DNA of 64,000 nucleotides from Bacteroidota bacterium (GCA_030706745.1 JAUZNX010000004.1:218152-282151); one strand, 5' to 3'; positions 39,935 through 49,993 are shown, counted from the first letter of the stretch. A program made the numbers and translations. Notes: generated from the sequence alone by a model not told the origin.

Positions 39935-40996
39935 TTAACGCAGCAAGGCTACACGCCGCACTTCATGCACTGGCTGGCCGTCATCGCTTATGCCGGATAC
40001 ATCGAAGTAGTAAGTGCCTGGCGCATTTTGCTGGCCGGATGCCGATGCACCATCCCATGTCCAGTCCTGCACAAAGTTCGCCTCGCGCAATGTGCGGCCA
40101 AGAATGTCGGTCACCTTTACATGGAGATTGATCACTCCGTCCGAGTGAATCGTAATGGCGCCGTAAGCAGGGTTGGGATACAGCCAGAAATTAGTGGTGG
40201 ATGACTGCGAGATTACGGAAGAGGGCGTTAGCCTAACTCCTTGAACCGCAATCGCGACTTCTGGAAGAATCGGATGATTCGGCATACTCACAATCAATAC
40301 ATCCGACCTAAAGCCGATAAACGTGCTCTGAAACGAGATTGGAATATCGAAACTCTGTCCAGGTGGCAGCGCGATCGGCCATTGGTTAAATGTCGTATCG
40401 AGGTGGAAAGCCTCACCGTATTGGAATTTAATCGATTCAATTTGAACGGTCGAAGCTTGAGCGTTTTGGATGCGGGCGTGAAGGAAGGCGCTGTCACTGG
40501 TGTATTGCATGGCAATCACCTGTGGTGCGTTTGTTAGATAGAAGGTCGAATAATCCGGCGCTGGCCCCAGAGCCGTCGCGTAGATAGTCAAGCTAAATGT
40601 GCAGGAATCTCTCGAAAATGTGACTGTGATTGTATCGCTTTTTAGCTTTGTTGGTTGAAAAATCACCAGAAACGGGAATGGCCTGGTGGAATCGACTGGC
40701 AATTTTCCATTCTGAATATAGAACGACGAATCATTCGGCGAAGACACAGCGACTGAGTCACGCCTCGTGAATGAATCGAGTAGGATCAGGGTGTCCGTGG
40801 TCCAGCCTCTATACATCGCAGACATGAAATGTGACCCGAAACCGTGACAACTCAGTGTAATCGTGTCATTTTGCTGAGCAGCAGCCCGACCATTTAGGGC
40901 CGCAACGATGAAGAATGCCTGAAGAATGCAGAGCGCGAGCGATTTTGAACTTTTCACTTCTGCAAATTTACAATGGAAAGTGCGCTCGTGCTTCAT
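39935..40996 (-). CDS. T9SS cargo, short member of the Ig-like paralog family
   Basis: Signal ending AAA-Q; Ig-like domain and CTD (LYPNPA...TWD...YYFDVSG..DG.P) resemble the 42.7-49.2 kb genes. Confidence 0.7.
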   Translation of the reverse strand: MKHERTFHCKFAEVKSSKSLALCILQAFFIVAALNGRAAAQQNDTITLSCHGFGSHFMSAMYRGWTTDTLILLDSFTRRDSVAVSSPNDSSFYIQNGKLPVDSTRPFPFLVIFQPTKLKSDTITVTFSRDSCTFSLTIYATALGPAPDYSTFYLTNAPQVIAMQYTSDSAFLHARIQNAQASTVQIESIKFQYGEAFHLDTTFNQWPIALPPGQSFDIPISFQSTFIGFRSDVLIVSMPNHPILPEVAIAVQGVRLTPSSVISQSSTTNFWLYPNPAYGAITIHSDGVINLHVKVTDILGRTLREANFVQDWTWDGASASGQQNAPGTYYFDVSGISDDGQPVHEVRRVALLR

Positions 40997-40997
40997 A

Positions 40998-42665
40998 TCA
41001 GCCTCCGAGGCTTGTCAAAAAGGAGACCAAGTTGTTCACCCCCTCAAGCCGCAGCTTATGCCGGATCGACTGCCGGTGGTTTTCCACAGTCCGTACAGAA
41101 AGACAGAATAGATTCGCAATCGCCTTTGTGGGAAGGTCCAACTTGATCAGCGCAGCAATTTTCAGCTCCGTTGGAGTCAGTGACGGGTAGGCGGCCGATA
41201 GCCTTCCAAGAAAATCACGATGAATCTGGTTGAACTGGTGCTCGAATGTCTCCCAGTCACGATCGGTCCGAATGTGATCGTCAATTTTCTCAAGAATCGA
41301 CTTTGCCCGGCGGGAGGATTTCATGGCCGGCTCGATCTCCAGCTTCAAATCGCAAAGGAATTCGTTTTTCTCGACAAGTTGCAGGGCCAGAGTCGTTAGT
41401 TCATTCGATTGTCGCTCCGATTCTGAACGGAGAAGTTCGGCCCGGGCATTCGCATCCATTGCCAGCCGCTCCATCCGTTCTCGCTCACGGTCTGCTTTCT
41501 CTATCTCAACACGGGCCGAGATTTCAATGAGTGCGCGCTGGCGTTGCTGACTGTTTATCTCTTCATTGAGCTTGATATATCGATTGAAATACTCAATGGA
41601 TAACTTAAGCTTCCCAGCAGATTCATAAGCTTTTGCGAGGGCACTCGAGCATTCACATTCCAATGCGACCATTCCCGATTGCGAACTCACTTGTATCGAT
41701 TCTTTGAGAGCTTTTATGCCTTCTACCGGCTTGCCCGCTTCGACCAGCGTTCGTCCATAACCCATCAGACTCGCACTTAACATGCGCTTGAGACCCAATA
41801 GCCGGGAAAGCTCAGCCGCACGCTCAAAGTGCTGTTGGGCAGCCTTCCCATGACCAGCGGCCATATCAAGTTCACCCAAACTGTTTTCGATGTACGCTTC
41901 CGATTCCTTGCGACCTACTCCGGTAGCAACATGCAATGCCGCTTTGAAGAATCGACGGGTTTCCCTGTCATTCTGTTGTTGTTGAGCGATAAGGCCACGA
42001 TTATACAGGATGCTTGCCATGCCGGAATCATCCTCCTGTTCCTTCGCGAGCAGGTAACTACGCTCAAAGAAATGGTCGGCGCGGTCCAGAGCCTGAACTT
42101 CAAGATAAACTCTTGCGATATTTCCTAGGACAATAGAACGGCGCAAAGGATCGTCGGAGCGTTCGAGAATAGACAAACTCGCATACTGGTATTCCAGCGC
42201 TTTAGGGTAATCGCCCTGCTCCAGCGCAGCATTGCCAAGAGCGCCGAGGATATCGACCTCCGACTGCCGATGTTGCTCGCGCGAAAGCTTCAAGGCTTGT
42301 TCGTAGTAATCAATCGCTTCTTTGTATTTTCCTTGGTTGGAAAGTGCCAACCCAAGCGAAAACATTGGCCCTTCGACTAGATGGTGAGGACTGTCAAGTT
42401 CAATCGCTTTGTGGAATGACTTTTCGGCAACCGCATATTCGCACAACTGGAACTGAGCACAGCCGAGACGATAGTGGGCGCTCGCTTCTTTGTCGCGGTC
42501 CTTCCGTTTCTTCGCGAGTGTGAGTGCTTCCTGTGCCCACTTGGCGGCGTCTTTCGGACTTGACCGGTAGAAATCTCTGCTCGATTCAAGCAGGACGCGA
42601 AGGCGCTCTTCCGGAGAAGAGGCCTTCGCGATTGCTTGCTTCGCTGCTTCGAGATCGTGCTTCAT
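40998..42665 (-). CDS. TPR-repeat LuxR-family transcriptional regulator
   Basis: Multiple TPRs, coiled coil, DWETFE..F..IH..F, C-terminal LTPTELKI..LIKL.L.TK.IA.L..LS.RTVE.HR..IR.KL; no TM segment or signal. Confidence 0.9.
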   Translation of the reverse strand: MKHDLEAAKQAIAKASSPEERLRVLLESSRDFYRSSPKDAAKWAQEALTLAKKRKDRDKEASAHYRLGCAQFQLCEYAVAEKSFHKAIELDSPHHLVEGPMFSLGLALSNQGKYKEAIDYYEQALKLSREQHRQSEVDILGALGNAALEQGDYPKALEYQYASLSILERSDDPLRRSIVLGNIARVYLEVQALDRADHFFERSYLLAKEQEDDSGMASILYNRGLIAQQQQNDRETRRFFKAALHVATGVGRKESEAYIENSLGELDMAAGHGKAAQQHFERAAELSRLLGLKRMLSASLMGYGRTLVEAGKPVEGIKALKESIQVSSQSGMVALECECSSALAKAYESAGKLKLSIEYFNRYIKLNEEINSQQRQRALIEISARVEIEKADRERERMERLAMDANARAELLRSESERQSNELTTLALQLVEKNEFLCDLKLEIEPAMKSSRRAKSILEKIDDHIRTDRDWETFEHQFNQIHRDFLGRLSAAYPSLTPTELKIAALIKLDLPTKAIANLFCLSVRTVENHRQSIRHKLRLEGVNNLVSFLTSLGG

Positions 42666-42685
42666 TGGGAGTACAGTCCTGAAAA

Positions 42686-42740
42686 CTAAGTCTGAGTGCT
42701 GAGCACGAGAGGATACTCAGCACTCAGTTCTTAGCACTTA
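42686..42740. repeat. Heptamer-based hairpin (TGAGTGC / GCACTCA)
   Basis: ctgagtgctgag ... ctcagcactcag. Confidence 0.7.
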
Positions 42741-44729
42741 CTGAAAGATGAGGCGCTTCGATATGGTGAATGCATTTCCATTTTGGTCCACGCCGCTAGC
42801 ACGGACGATATAGAATCCACCGTTTCGGGCTGGCGCGTCCCACGTTGTCTGCAGTGTGTTTGGCATGATGGCCAGCCGATTACCAAGGAGGTCGAAGATT
42901 TCGACCGAGGCTTTCGTCGCATTCGATACCCGGATTCCGATTGGTCCTTCGGCGGGATTCGGTGCAATCGATAGGCCGACGGTACTCGAGATAATGTTCG
43001 TGCTGATACCTGCATTGGCTTTCGTGTAAAACGCCTCCAGGTTAAACGGTGGCCACGGTGCAAGATTCTGGCTTGCTTCAATCGTGAGCGAATCGTGATA
43101 GAAGCCATTCGTATCGCCGGTGAACTGTACAATAACGCCAAATCTCTGATTCAAGGTTAGAGTATCCGGCAGGCCATGCGGCAATTCGCCAAGGATCTGA
43201 AAATGCGTGCCTTGCGAAAGTGATGCTCCTGTGACATGGACTTGTCCCGTAAGGTTATTAAGAAACCAGAAGGTGTCGACCGTCACATGCGAGGAAGTGG
43301 TCATGGCAAGTAATTCGCTCTGCGCGGGAAAGAGTTGCAGGCCGGTGTCGGTCGATGACGTAGCGTTTCCTTCGCATGCAATCATGCCCCAGCATGTACC
43401 TCCATCCGTGAAGACAAGATCGCCACCGAAATATCCGCTCCGCCGTGGCGCGGCGCGGAAACGGATCGTGACCGTATCACCCGAATGGACAGTCATGGGA
43501 AGTGATGGGCTGAGAATGGTAAGCGAACAGCTATCGGAGATATATTTGCTTTGAAGTACTAATGCCGAATCATTATGGACGATGAACGACGCAGAGGCAT
43601 CGACATATCCACCGGCAATCACGTCGTCGAGAGTGATCGAGTCCCGGCCAACCGCGCTGATGCAGGGGTCTGTGTATCCATAGATCTGACCACCGAGTAC
43701 GCCGGTCGTCCCGGAGGAGTCGCGCCAATTCACATTGATATTTGCGGAGTTGAAGCCGTAATATCGTGTTGGATGAAAGCATGCAGAGAAAGTAACGGAA
43801 TCGCCTGCCTGCAGCCAGAAGGGCGTGCTGGGGGTGCCACTAAGGAAGAAGTCATTTTGTGCAGACATAGTAACGGACCGAATTTCGATCGCCTGCACCG
43901 TCGGGTTTGAGAGCACAAAGGTCCCACATCCAGTATCTCCGACCGATACATGACCTATATTCACGGACGTAATTGCTGGTACATACGAATGCGCTGGCAC
44001 CGAATCAAGGACAGTGACCCACACGGAATCAACTTGCACGTATGGCGAGGCACAATAGAAGCGCACGAGCGTTCGCTCGTACCCTACGCCGTGCGAGTGA
44101 TAGGTGATCCATACATAACGATTGGTCGGATAGGTGCCGGAAATTGAGAATGAACCACTCGGATCGAGCGACCAATGTGTTGTATCGGAAAGGGATGCCT
44201 GCATGGTGATCGCGCTGGATTGCAGATTGTATACGAGCATAGGGGCATTGACCGTATCACCAAAGCAAGTGAGATTAATCTCATGGGAATAGAGCGAAAA
44301 ATCCTTCGTCGGAGGGACGATGTAATTGGTATCATACCCTGTGAGATAAATCGTATCCTCAGTATGTCCATCCGAGAGAACCACGGCATTGCGTGAGGTG
44401 TCATTCGCCAGGCTGGCAAACGCAACGCTCACCGTTCGCAAGGAAGTATCCCAGGAAGCCCAGGAAACGGAAGTGGCTCCGACCGTGAATTTGCCCGGAT
44501 ATTTGTATGGGTAATTGTAAATAGCTACAGTCTCAGAATCACTGGACATGTGCTGAATCGTGATGGATTGGCTTCCACTCACTTGCCAGAACATATTGTG
44601 ACTGCTGGAGACACGAAATTTTGGAGTGGCGTGTGCCTGCGGAATCGCCAGGCCGAGAAATAGCCAGGCGAAGACGAGCGCGAGGCCCGTTCGGGTCAAT
44701 CGTTTGGGATAGTGCTGCATGGTACTCAT
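42738..44729 (-). CDS. T9SS cargo with tandem Ig-like (choice-of-anchor-D / ASH-like) domains, paralog 1
   Basis: Signal peptide, repeated beta-sandwich units, CTD IAPNPA..EIFDLLG..YIVRASG; start 44720 or 44729. Confidence 0.8.
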   Translation of the reverse strand: MSTMQHYPKRLTRTGLALVFAWLFLGLAIPQAHATPKFRVSSSHNMFWQVSGSQSITIQHMSSDSETVAIYNYPYKYPGKFTVGATSVSWASWDTSLRTVSVAFASLANDTSRNAVVLSDGHTEDTIYLTGYDTNYIVPPTKDFSLYSHEINLTCFGDTVNAPMLVYNLQSSAITMQASLSDTTHWSLDPSGSFSISGTYPTNRYVWITYHSHGVGYERTLVRFYCASPYVQVDSVWVTVLDSVPAHSYVPAITSVNIGHVSVGDTGCGTFVLSNPTVQAIEIRSVTMSAQNDFFLSGTPSTPFWLQAGDSVTFSACFHPTRYYGFNSANINVNWRDSSGTTGVLGGQIYGYTDPCISAVGRDSITLDDVIAGGYVDASASFIVHNDSALVLQSKYISDSCSLTILSPSLPMTVHSGDTVTIRFRAAPRRSGYFGGDLVFTDGGTCWGMIACEGNATSSTDTGLQLFPAQSELLAMTTSSHVTVDTFWFLNNLTGQVHVTGASLSQGTHFQILGELPHGLPDTLTLNQRFGVIVQFTGDTNGFYHDSLTIEASQNLAPWPPFNLEAFYTKANAGISTNIISSTVGLSIAPNPAEGPIGIRVSNATKASVEIFDLLGNRLAIMPNTLQTTWDAPARNGGFYIVRASGVDQNGNAFTISKRLIFQ

Positions 44730-44765
44730 AGGTTGATTTTGAAGAAGTTGAAAATGCTTGATGAC

Positions 44766-44819
44766 ATAACTCATCGCGAAGGTATTCGTTACCCGTCTTG
44801 ACTACTCAATTAATACCTA
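44766..44819 (-). promoter_or_regulatory. Conserved promoter cassette, copy 1
   Basis: - strand TAGGTA-N4-TTGAGTAGTCA-N6-GTAAC-N17-GTTAT. Confidence 0.75.
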
Positions 44820-44826
44820 TAACAAC

Positions 44827-44856
44827 AAAACCCCCCGCCGGTTAGGGCGAGGGGTT
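44827..44856 (-). terminator. Terminator after paralog 2
   Basis: aacccc-ccgcc-ggtta-gggcg-aggggtt hairpin with T-run on the - strand. Confidence 0.6.
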
Positions 44857-44875
44857 AAGGAGTCGGACGGTACTC

Positions 44876-46927
44876 TTATCGTGCGAGAATGAGGCGCTTC
44901 AATAGGGTAAAGGCAGTGCCGTTTTCGTCCACTCCGTTCGCGCGGACGATATAGATGCCATCGCTCAGGCCAGTCGGATCCCATGAACTGGTGAGGGCAT
45001 TCGGCATGACTGCCACACGATTGCCGAGGACATCGAAGATCTCGATGGAAGCCTTCGTGGCACTGGCGAGCATCATGGTGACCGGTCCTTCAGAGGGATT
45101 GGGGACAAGGCTCAAGCTTGCTGGACTGGAGGACATGATGGAGTTGACGCCGGAGTTTGCCGACTTCGTATACAACGCTTCGAGATTATAGACCGGGAAG
45201 CCCTGAAGGTTATGGCTCGCCTCGATCGTCAGCGAATCGTGATAGAATCCGCTCGTATCGCCACTGAACTGGACGATAACGCCGAAGTTTTGGCTCGACG
45301 TGATGGTGTCTGGCAGTGCATGCGGCAACGTGCCCGCGATGCTGAAGTGCGTGCCCTGCGAGAGCTTGACGCCATTCGATGGGATGATCACCGATCCACC
45401 ATAGTTGTTGACGAACCAGAACGTATCCAGCGTGACCTGCGAAGATGTTGTCATTGCCAGCAGTTCAGTCTCCGCTGGGAAGAGTTGGAGCCCACTCGAC
45501 GACGAATCGAGCGCGCGACCGCGGAATGTGATTGTGGAAGTGCAGTTGTCTCCATCCGAGAGCGAGATATAGCCCCAGTAGACCCCATTGCCGTATCTTC
45601 CTTGTCCCGCCGGTGTTGCGCGGAAGCGCACCGGGATGGTGTCGCCGGCATGGACCCGCGTGGGCAGCGATGGACTAATCACTTGAACCGAGCCGCTATC
45701 GGTCATGAACAAATAGGTGGTCCGCAGGATGGAATCCTTGTGGACGATAGCATACTCAGTCGCTTCGACATATCCACCGATGAGCACATCGTCGAGCACG
45801 ACAGTATCGCCGAGGAGCTTGACGCACGAGGGCGTGTATCCTGTTGCCGTTGCATAAATTCTTCCCGACATGCCGGACGAATCGAGCCAATCGACATCCA
45901 CATCCGCGCTGGAGCCGCCGAAGAAGCCCACCGCCGGATTGTAGCAAATGGAGAACGTATTCGTGGATCCTGCTGCCAGCCAGAATGGTGTGGACGGCAC
46001 ACTACTGAGCGACCAGTCATAGTCTGCCGAAATGTTGATCGCAGTAATTTGGATGGCCTTCGAGGTGGCATTCGTTAGCGTCACCGGGCCACACGTCGTG
46101 TCACCCTGCTGCACCTGACCCAACGCGGGCGCGGTGATACCTGGAATGTAGCTTGGGGGCGCAAACAGCGGGTCCGTTACATATATATGGATGACGGTAT
46201 CCTGATAGTATGGAGTGTAGCACACGATGTTCACCGTTGCGGTGTCGCGCCAGACGCCGTGCGGATGGTATGTGATCGTCAGGGTTCTGGAACCACCTGC
46301 GGCCATCGTAGCCAGGAGTCCACCGCCACCGTTAATATCCCAATTGGTGCTATCCAGCAAACTGATAGACACAGTGATGGTTGATGTTCGGTGATTCAGG
46401 ACATAGACCGTGCCGGATGAGGACGTCCCGCCGGAATCGCGGCGGACAGTAATATGTGGAAGCCCGTAATTCCAATTGAGTAAGTAGTCCACCGTATCGG
46501 TGACATGCGGTCCGTATCCCGTTAGATAAATCGTATCGATACGGTGGCTATCATGCAAAATGAGCACGGCCGTCGAGGTGTCGTCCAAAGCGGAGGAGAA
46601 GTACACACCCAAATAACGCGTGTTCCGCACGATTCCGGTATCTTGCGAAGAATCCGCCCAGTAGATGCTCGACTGATCCAATGTAAAGTTGGAGCTACCA
46701 CTCAGAGTGGCGAAGACGGTCAGTGCTGTGGTGCCACCGGTCCGAGTTAAGGCTAGTGCCGTGGATCCGTTGGTAGACCACGTATATTGATGAGATCCGC
46801 CATAGCTGTAGGAGACAAAGGCACTCGCGTTCTGTGTCGCCGCGGCAAGTAAGAGAGACACAAGCACGAGAGATAAAAATGCCAGCGCGCGTGGGGCACG
46901 ACGGGAGTGTTGTATCGAATGTTCCAT
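44876..46927 (-). CDS. T9SS cargo with tandem Ig-like domains, paralog 2
   Basis: Shares LDDV..GGYV.A, LQLFPA..ELLA.TTSS.VT.DTFWF, GDT.GFYHDSL; likely ATG at 46927. Confidence 0.8.
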   Translation of the reverse strand: MEHSIQHSRRAPRALAFLSLVLVSLLLAAATQNASAFVSYSYGGSHQYTWSTNGSTALALTRTGGTTALTVFATLSGSSNFTLDQSSIYWADSSQDTGIVRNTRYLGVYFSSALDDTSTAVLILHDSHRIDTIYLTGYGPHVTDTVDYLLNWNYGLPHITVRRDSGGTSSSGTVYVLNHRTSTITVSISLLDSTNWDINGGGGLLATMAAGGSRTLTITYHPHGVWRDTATVNIVCYTPYYQDTVIHIYVTDPLFAPPSYIPGITAPALGQVQQGDTTCGPVTLTNATSKAIQITAINISADYDWSLSSVPSTPFWLAAGSTNTFSICYNPAVGFFGGSSADVDVDWLDSSGMSGRIYATATGYTPSCVKLLGDTVVLDDVLIGGYVEATEYAIVHKDSILRTTYLFMTDSGSVQVISPSLPTRVHAGDTIPVRFRATPAGQGRYGNGVYWGYISLSDGDNCTSTITFRGRALDSSSSGLQLFPAETELLAMTTSSQVTLDTFWFVNNYGGSVIIPSNGVKLSQGTHFSIAGTLPHALPDTITSSQNFGVIVQFSGDTSGFYHDSLTIEASHNLQGFPVYNLEALYTKSANSGVNSIMSSSPASLSLVPNPSEGPVTMMLASATKASIEIFDVLGNRVAVMPNALTSSWDPTGLSDGIYIVRANGVDENGTAFTLLKRLILAR

Positions 46928-46954
46928 GGTAAGCTGCAATAGGTTTGGATGTTC

Positions 46955-46970
46955 GAATGATCGCTCATTC
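46955..46970. promoter_or_regulatory. Palindromic operator GAATGA-N4-TCATTC
   Basis: Lies between the promoter cassette and the start codon; second copy at 49181-49198. Confidence 0.55.
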
Positions 46971-46986
46971 TTCAAGACTCAACGGG

Positions 46987-47040
46987 ATAACCCGGTAATC
47001 AAACAGAAGTTACAAAGTTTGACTACTCAAAAACTACCTA
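46987..47040 (-). promoter_or_regulatory. Conserved promoter cassette, copy 2
   Basis: - strand TAGGTA-N4-TTGAGTAGTCA-N6-GTAAC-N17-GTTAT. Confidence 0.75.
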
Positions 47041-47082
47041 GATCGTATGGTCGATGGATGCGAGGAACGTCTCCGAACGAAG

Positions 47083-47117
47083 AAGGGACCTCCGACCCGG
47101 CGGTCGGCGGTCCCTTA
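47083..47117 (-). terminator. Terminator after paralog 3
   Basis: aagggacc-t-ccgacc-cggc-ggtcgg-c-ggtccctt hairpin. Confidence 0.6.
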
Positions 47118-47136
47118 TGATACACGCTCGTTGCGG

Positions 47137-49152
47137 TTATCGAGCCAGCACGAGTCGCTTTGAAATCGCGAATGGATCGCCGTTCTGGTCCATCCCGCTG
47201 GCACGGATGATATAGATGCCCCCGCTCAGGCCGGTCGGGTCCCACGAACTGGATATCGCATTTGGCATGACCGCAACACGGTTGCCGAGCACATCGAAAA
47301 TATCGATCGATGCCCGTTCAGCATTGTCGATGGAAATCGCAACCGGTCCGAGGGCCGGATTCGGGGCAAGCCAAATCTGTGCGGGGCCCGCGATCGCAAC
47401 CCGGTGCACAGCAGCAGGAACGCCGGTGCGAACGGCTTCGAGATTGATCGGCAGCGATTGGATTGCGTAATCCGCATCGATATAGAGCGAGTCATGATAG
47501 AAGCCGTTCGTGTCACCGCTAAATTGCACGATCACACCGAGCTTCTGCGAAGATGTCAGTGTGTCAGGCACATTGCGTGGTATCTCGCCGAGGATACTGA
47601 AGTATGTGCCCTGCGCGAGATGCACACCGCCCAGCGGGATATGAACGGCCCCAGAGTAATTATTGACAAACCAGAAAGTATCGACCGTGACCTGGGACGA
47701 AGTTGTCAGTGCCAGCAGTTCTGATTGCGCCGGGAAGAGCTGCAAGTCACTCGTAGATGACTGCATCGATTGGCCTTGAAAAACGATCTCGCCACTCCAA
47801 CCGGTATCTGACAGCGGGATGTAACCCCAGTAGTATCCCGCAGTATCCGCGCTCGGCGTCACGCGGATTCGGATCGAAACCGTATCACCGGAGTGCATCT
47901 GATGCGGCATGCTGGGAGCGATAATCGAGACCGAACCACCACCGGAGACATACGAACTGCCGCCAGCCAATGTCAGATTTTTATGCGCCACAAAAATGGC
48001 TGTGGCTTCAACATACCCGCCGACGATCACATCGTCGAGACGCAGCGAATCTCGAATCGCTTCGAGAGCCGCAGGCGTGTGGGCATAGGCATTATCCGCG
48101 ACGGTCCCCGTCATGCCATTTGAATCCCGATAGGATACGTAAATGCGGTCCCCGGCATAATCTCCAATATCTCCTTGTGGAGGATGGAAGCAAACCGTGG
48201 CAGTTCTGGAGCCACCGGCCGGGATTGCGAATGGCAGCGGGTCGAATTGTAGACTCCAGTATGTCGAGTCGGACGCACGGATATACGTGATCGTAATCGC
48301 CTGAGACGTATGATTACTGATGGTCACCGTCCCGCACGCTGAATCTCCCGGCTGTACCTCGCCCAGATCGGGAGCGGTCACGGTAGGAACATAGGACACC
48401 GGTGCATAGTGGTTGTCCGTTGCCTGAACCGTCACGATCCTTTGCTGATAGTAGGGCGAAGCGCAAGTTAGGGTAATTGTGACGTTATCGTGATAGACTC
48501 CGTGCGGTTTGTAGTTCACATTGAAGGCTCGGCTTCCAAAACTCGAGACCAGAATACTCTCCGAGCCGCCGTGGCCATCCAGATCCCAGTTGGTACTATC
48601 ACTAAGCCGCGCCACAACATAAATGCTACTGGATTGGCGATTGTAGAGCCATTCGCTCGTTGTTCCGCCGAGTTGAGTCGAGTCACTCACGAAGATGGAC
48701 AGCGCCGTATCCGAGACCGTGAAGTCCCTCGAATCCTGAGTGCCATATCCGATCAGTTCGATCGTATCTCTCACAACGCTATCGGAGAGCACCAGGTAGG
48801 CGATGGAAGTATCGTTCGCGCTCGAAGAGAACCGCACTGAGAAATACCGTGGGAACATGTAGCCGGTATCTTGGGAGGAATCAGGCCAATAGACATTCTG
48901 GTAGTCAAGGCTAAACTTCTTGCTGCCAGATAGATACGCATCGACCGATAACGGCGTATATCCTCCGATGCGATTGATAGTTACGGTCTTCGCGCCATTG
49001 CTGGTCCAAACGAGTTGATGCGATCCCGTATAAGAAAACGTCACCAGGGCTCGCGCGTCACGTTCCGTGCATAGCATGAAGGATACCAGCAGGAGAGACA
49101 TAAGACACATCGCACAGGCACCGCGCCAGATGTGGCGAATCGAATATTTCAT
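47137..49152 (-). CDS. T9SS cargo with tandem Ig-like domains, paralog 3
   Basis: Same conserved blocks; CTD nearly matches paralog 2 (SSWDPTGLS.GIYI.RA.G.D.NG). Confidence 0.8.
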   Translation of the reverse strand: MKYSIRHIWRGACAMCLMSLLLVSFMLCTERDARALVTFSYTGSHQLVWTSNGAKTVTINRIGGYTPLSVDAYLSGSKKFSLDYQNVYWPDSSQDTGYMFPRYFSVRFSSSANDTSIAYLVLSDSVVRDTIELIGYGTQDSRDFTVSDTALSIFVSDSTQLGGTTSEWLYNRQSSSIYVVARLSDSTNWDLDGHGGSESILVSSFGSRAFNVNYKPHGVYHDNVTITLTCASPYYQQRIVTVQATDNHYAPVSYVPTVTAPDLGEVQPGDSACGTVTISNHTSQAITITYIRASDSTYWSLQFDPLPFAIPAGGSRTATVCFHPPQGDIGDYAGDRIYVSYRDSNGMTGTVADNAYAHTPAALEAIRDSLRLDDVIVGGYVEATAIFVAHKNLTLAGGSSYVSGGGSVSIIAPSMPHQMHSGDTVSIRIRVTPSADTAGYYWGYIPLSDTGWSGEIVFQGQSMQSSTSDLQLFPAQSELLALTTSSQVTVDTFWFVNNYSGAVHIPLGGVHLAQGTYFSILGEIPRNVPDTLTSSQKLGVIVQFSGDTNGFYHDSLYIDADYAIQSLPINLEAVRTGVPAAVHRVAIAGPAQIWLAPNPALGPVAISIDNAERASIDIFDVLGNRVAVMPNAISSSWDPTGLSGGIYIIRASGMDQNGDPFAISKRLVLAR

Positions 49153-49180
49153 GGTAAAATAGCAGTAGATTTTGATACAA

Positions 49181-49198
49181 TGAATGAGCGATCATTCA
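49181..49198. promoter_or_regulatory. Palindromic operator TGAATGA-N4-TCATTCA
   Basis: Read directly; same position relative to the gene as the copy at 46955. Confidence 0.55.
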
Positions 49199-49212
49199 CA
49201 CAAGCTCGCACA

Positions 49213-49266
49213 ATAACCCGGTAATCGGCAAGATGTTACCACTCCTGACTACTCAAAAACTACTTA
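49213..49266 (-). promoter_or_regulatory. Conserved promoter cassette, copy 3
   Basis: - strand TAAGTA-N4-TTGAGTAGTCA-N6-GTAAC-N17-GTTAT. Confidence 0.75.
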
Positions 49267-49283
49267 GACGGAAGCGACAACAG

Positions 49284-49326
49284 AAAAAAGTGCTAGCGTG
49301 CTGTCATCCGCAGCACGCTAGCACTT
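49284..49326 (-). terminator. Strong rho-independent terminator
   Basis: 16-bp perfect stem aagtgctagcgtgctg/cagcacgctagcactt with T-run on the - strand. Confidence 0.85.
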
Positions 49327-49350
49327 GAGAATTATCGTCGTTAGGGGCGA

Positions 49351-49818
49351 TTAATCGCCGTCATCGCCGCGATCACCTTTCCCGTTCTTTGCCCAACCCG
49401 TATGTTTTCCGTTGTCGTGATGGGCATTTTCCGCATAGCCGTTATTATTGCCATCGTTGTAATAGCTTCCGTTATATGCGGCAAGCTGCTGCTCTAAGTC
49501 CCGCTCCCGTTGATCGAGCTGCGCGAGTTCCGCGCGAAGTTGTGCCTTATGCTGGCGGATCGCGTTGAGTTGGGCCTGCGCCTGGTTCGGATTGTAGACC
49601 GGCGTATAGCCAGGATTATATGGTGTATATGGCGCCGGAGTCGTTGGTACGTATATCGGTGTCGTACCCGGAACGGTTGGAACCGTCGACGGATAGGTCG
49701 TCCCGCCATTACTTGGCGTTCGCGGACGCGTGCCCGGACCAGCCGTTTGCGCGTAACCGTATTGTCCAACAAGCAGTGTGATGAGTGTGAATGCTAAAAT
49801 GGTTGTGATTCGTCTCAT
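49351..49818 (-). CDS. Secreted low-complexity hypothetical protein
   Basis: Signal peptide, P/T/Y-rich segment, short coiled coil, HDNGKH.GW.K tail. Confidence 0.65.
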   Translation of the reverse strand: MRRITTILAFTLITLLVGQYGYAQTAGPGTRPRTPSNGGTTYPSTVPTVPGTTPIYVPTTPAPYTPYNPGYTPVYNPNQAQAQLNAIRQHKAQLRAELAQLDQRERDLEQQLAAYNGSYYNDGNNNGYAENAHHDNGKHTGWAKNGKGDRGDDGD

Positions 49819-49993
49819 ATCGAGTACAAGTTAGTGATGTACCTTGTATTCGTACAACTGCCGCGCCTCGTTTCATGAGGCGTGGCCCAAATGACCTGAA
49901 TAGCGATTCACCGGAAACTCACGATAGATTCGTACGCCCCGGCAAAGTTCTTGTGCATGTCACAGCGTAGCTCACTTTTCCAAACTACATATT

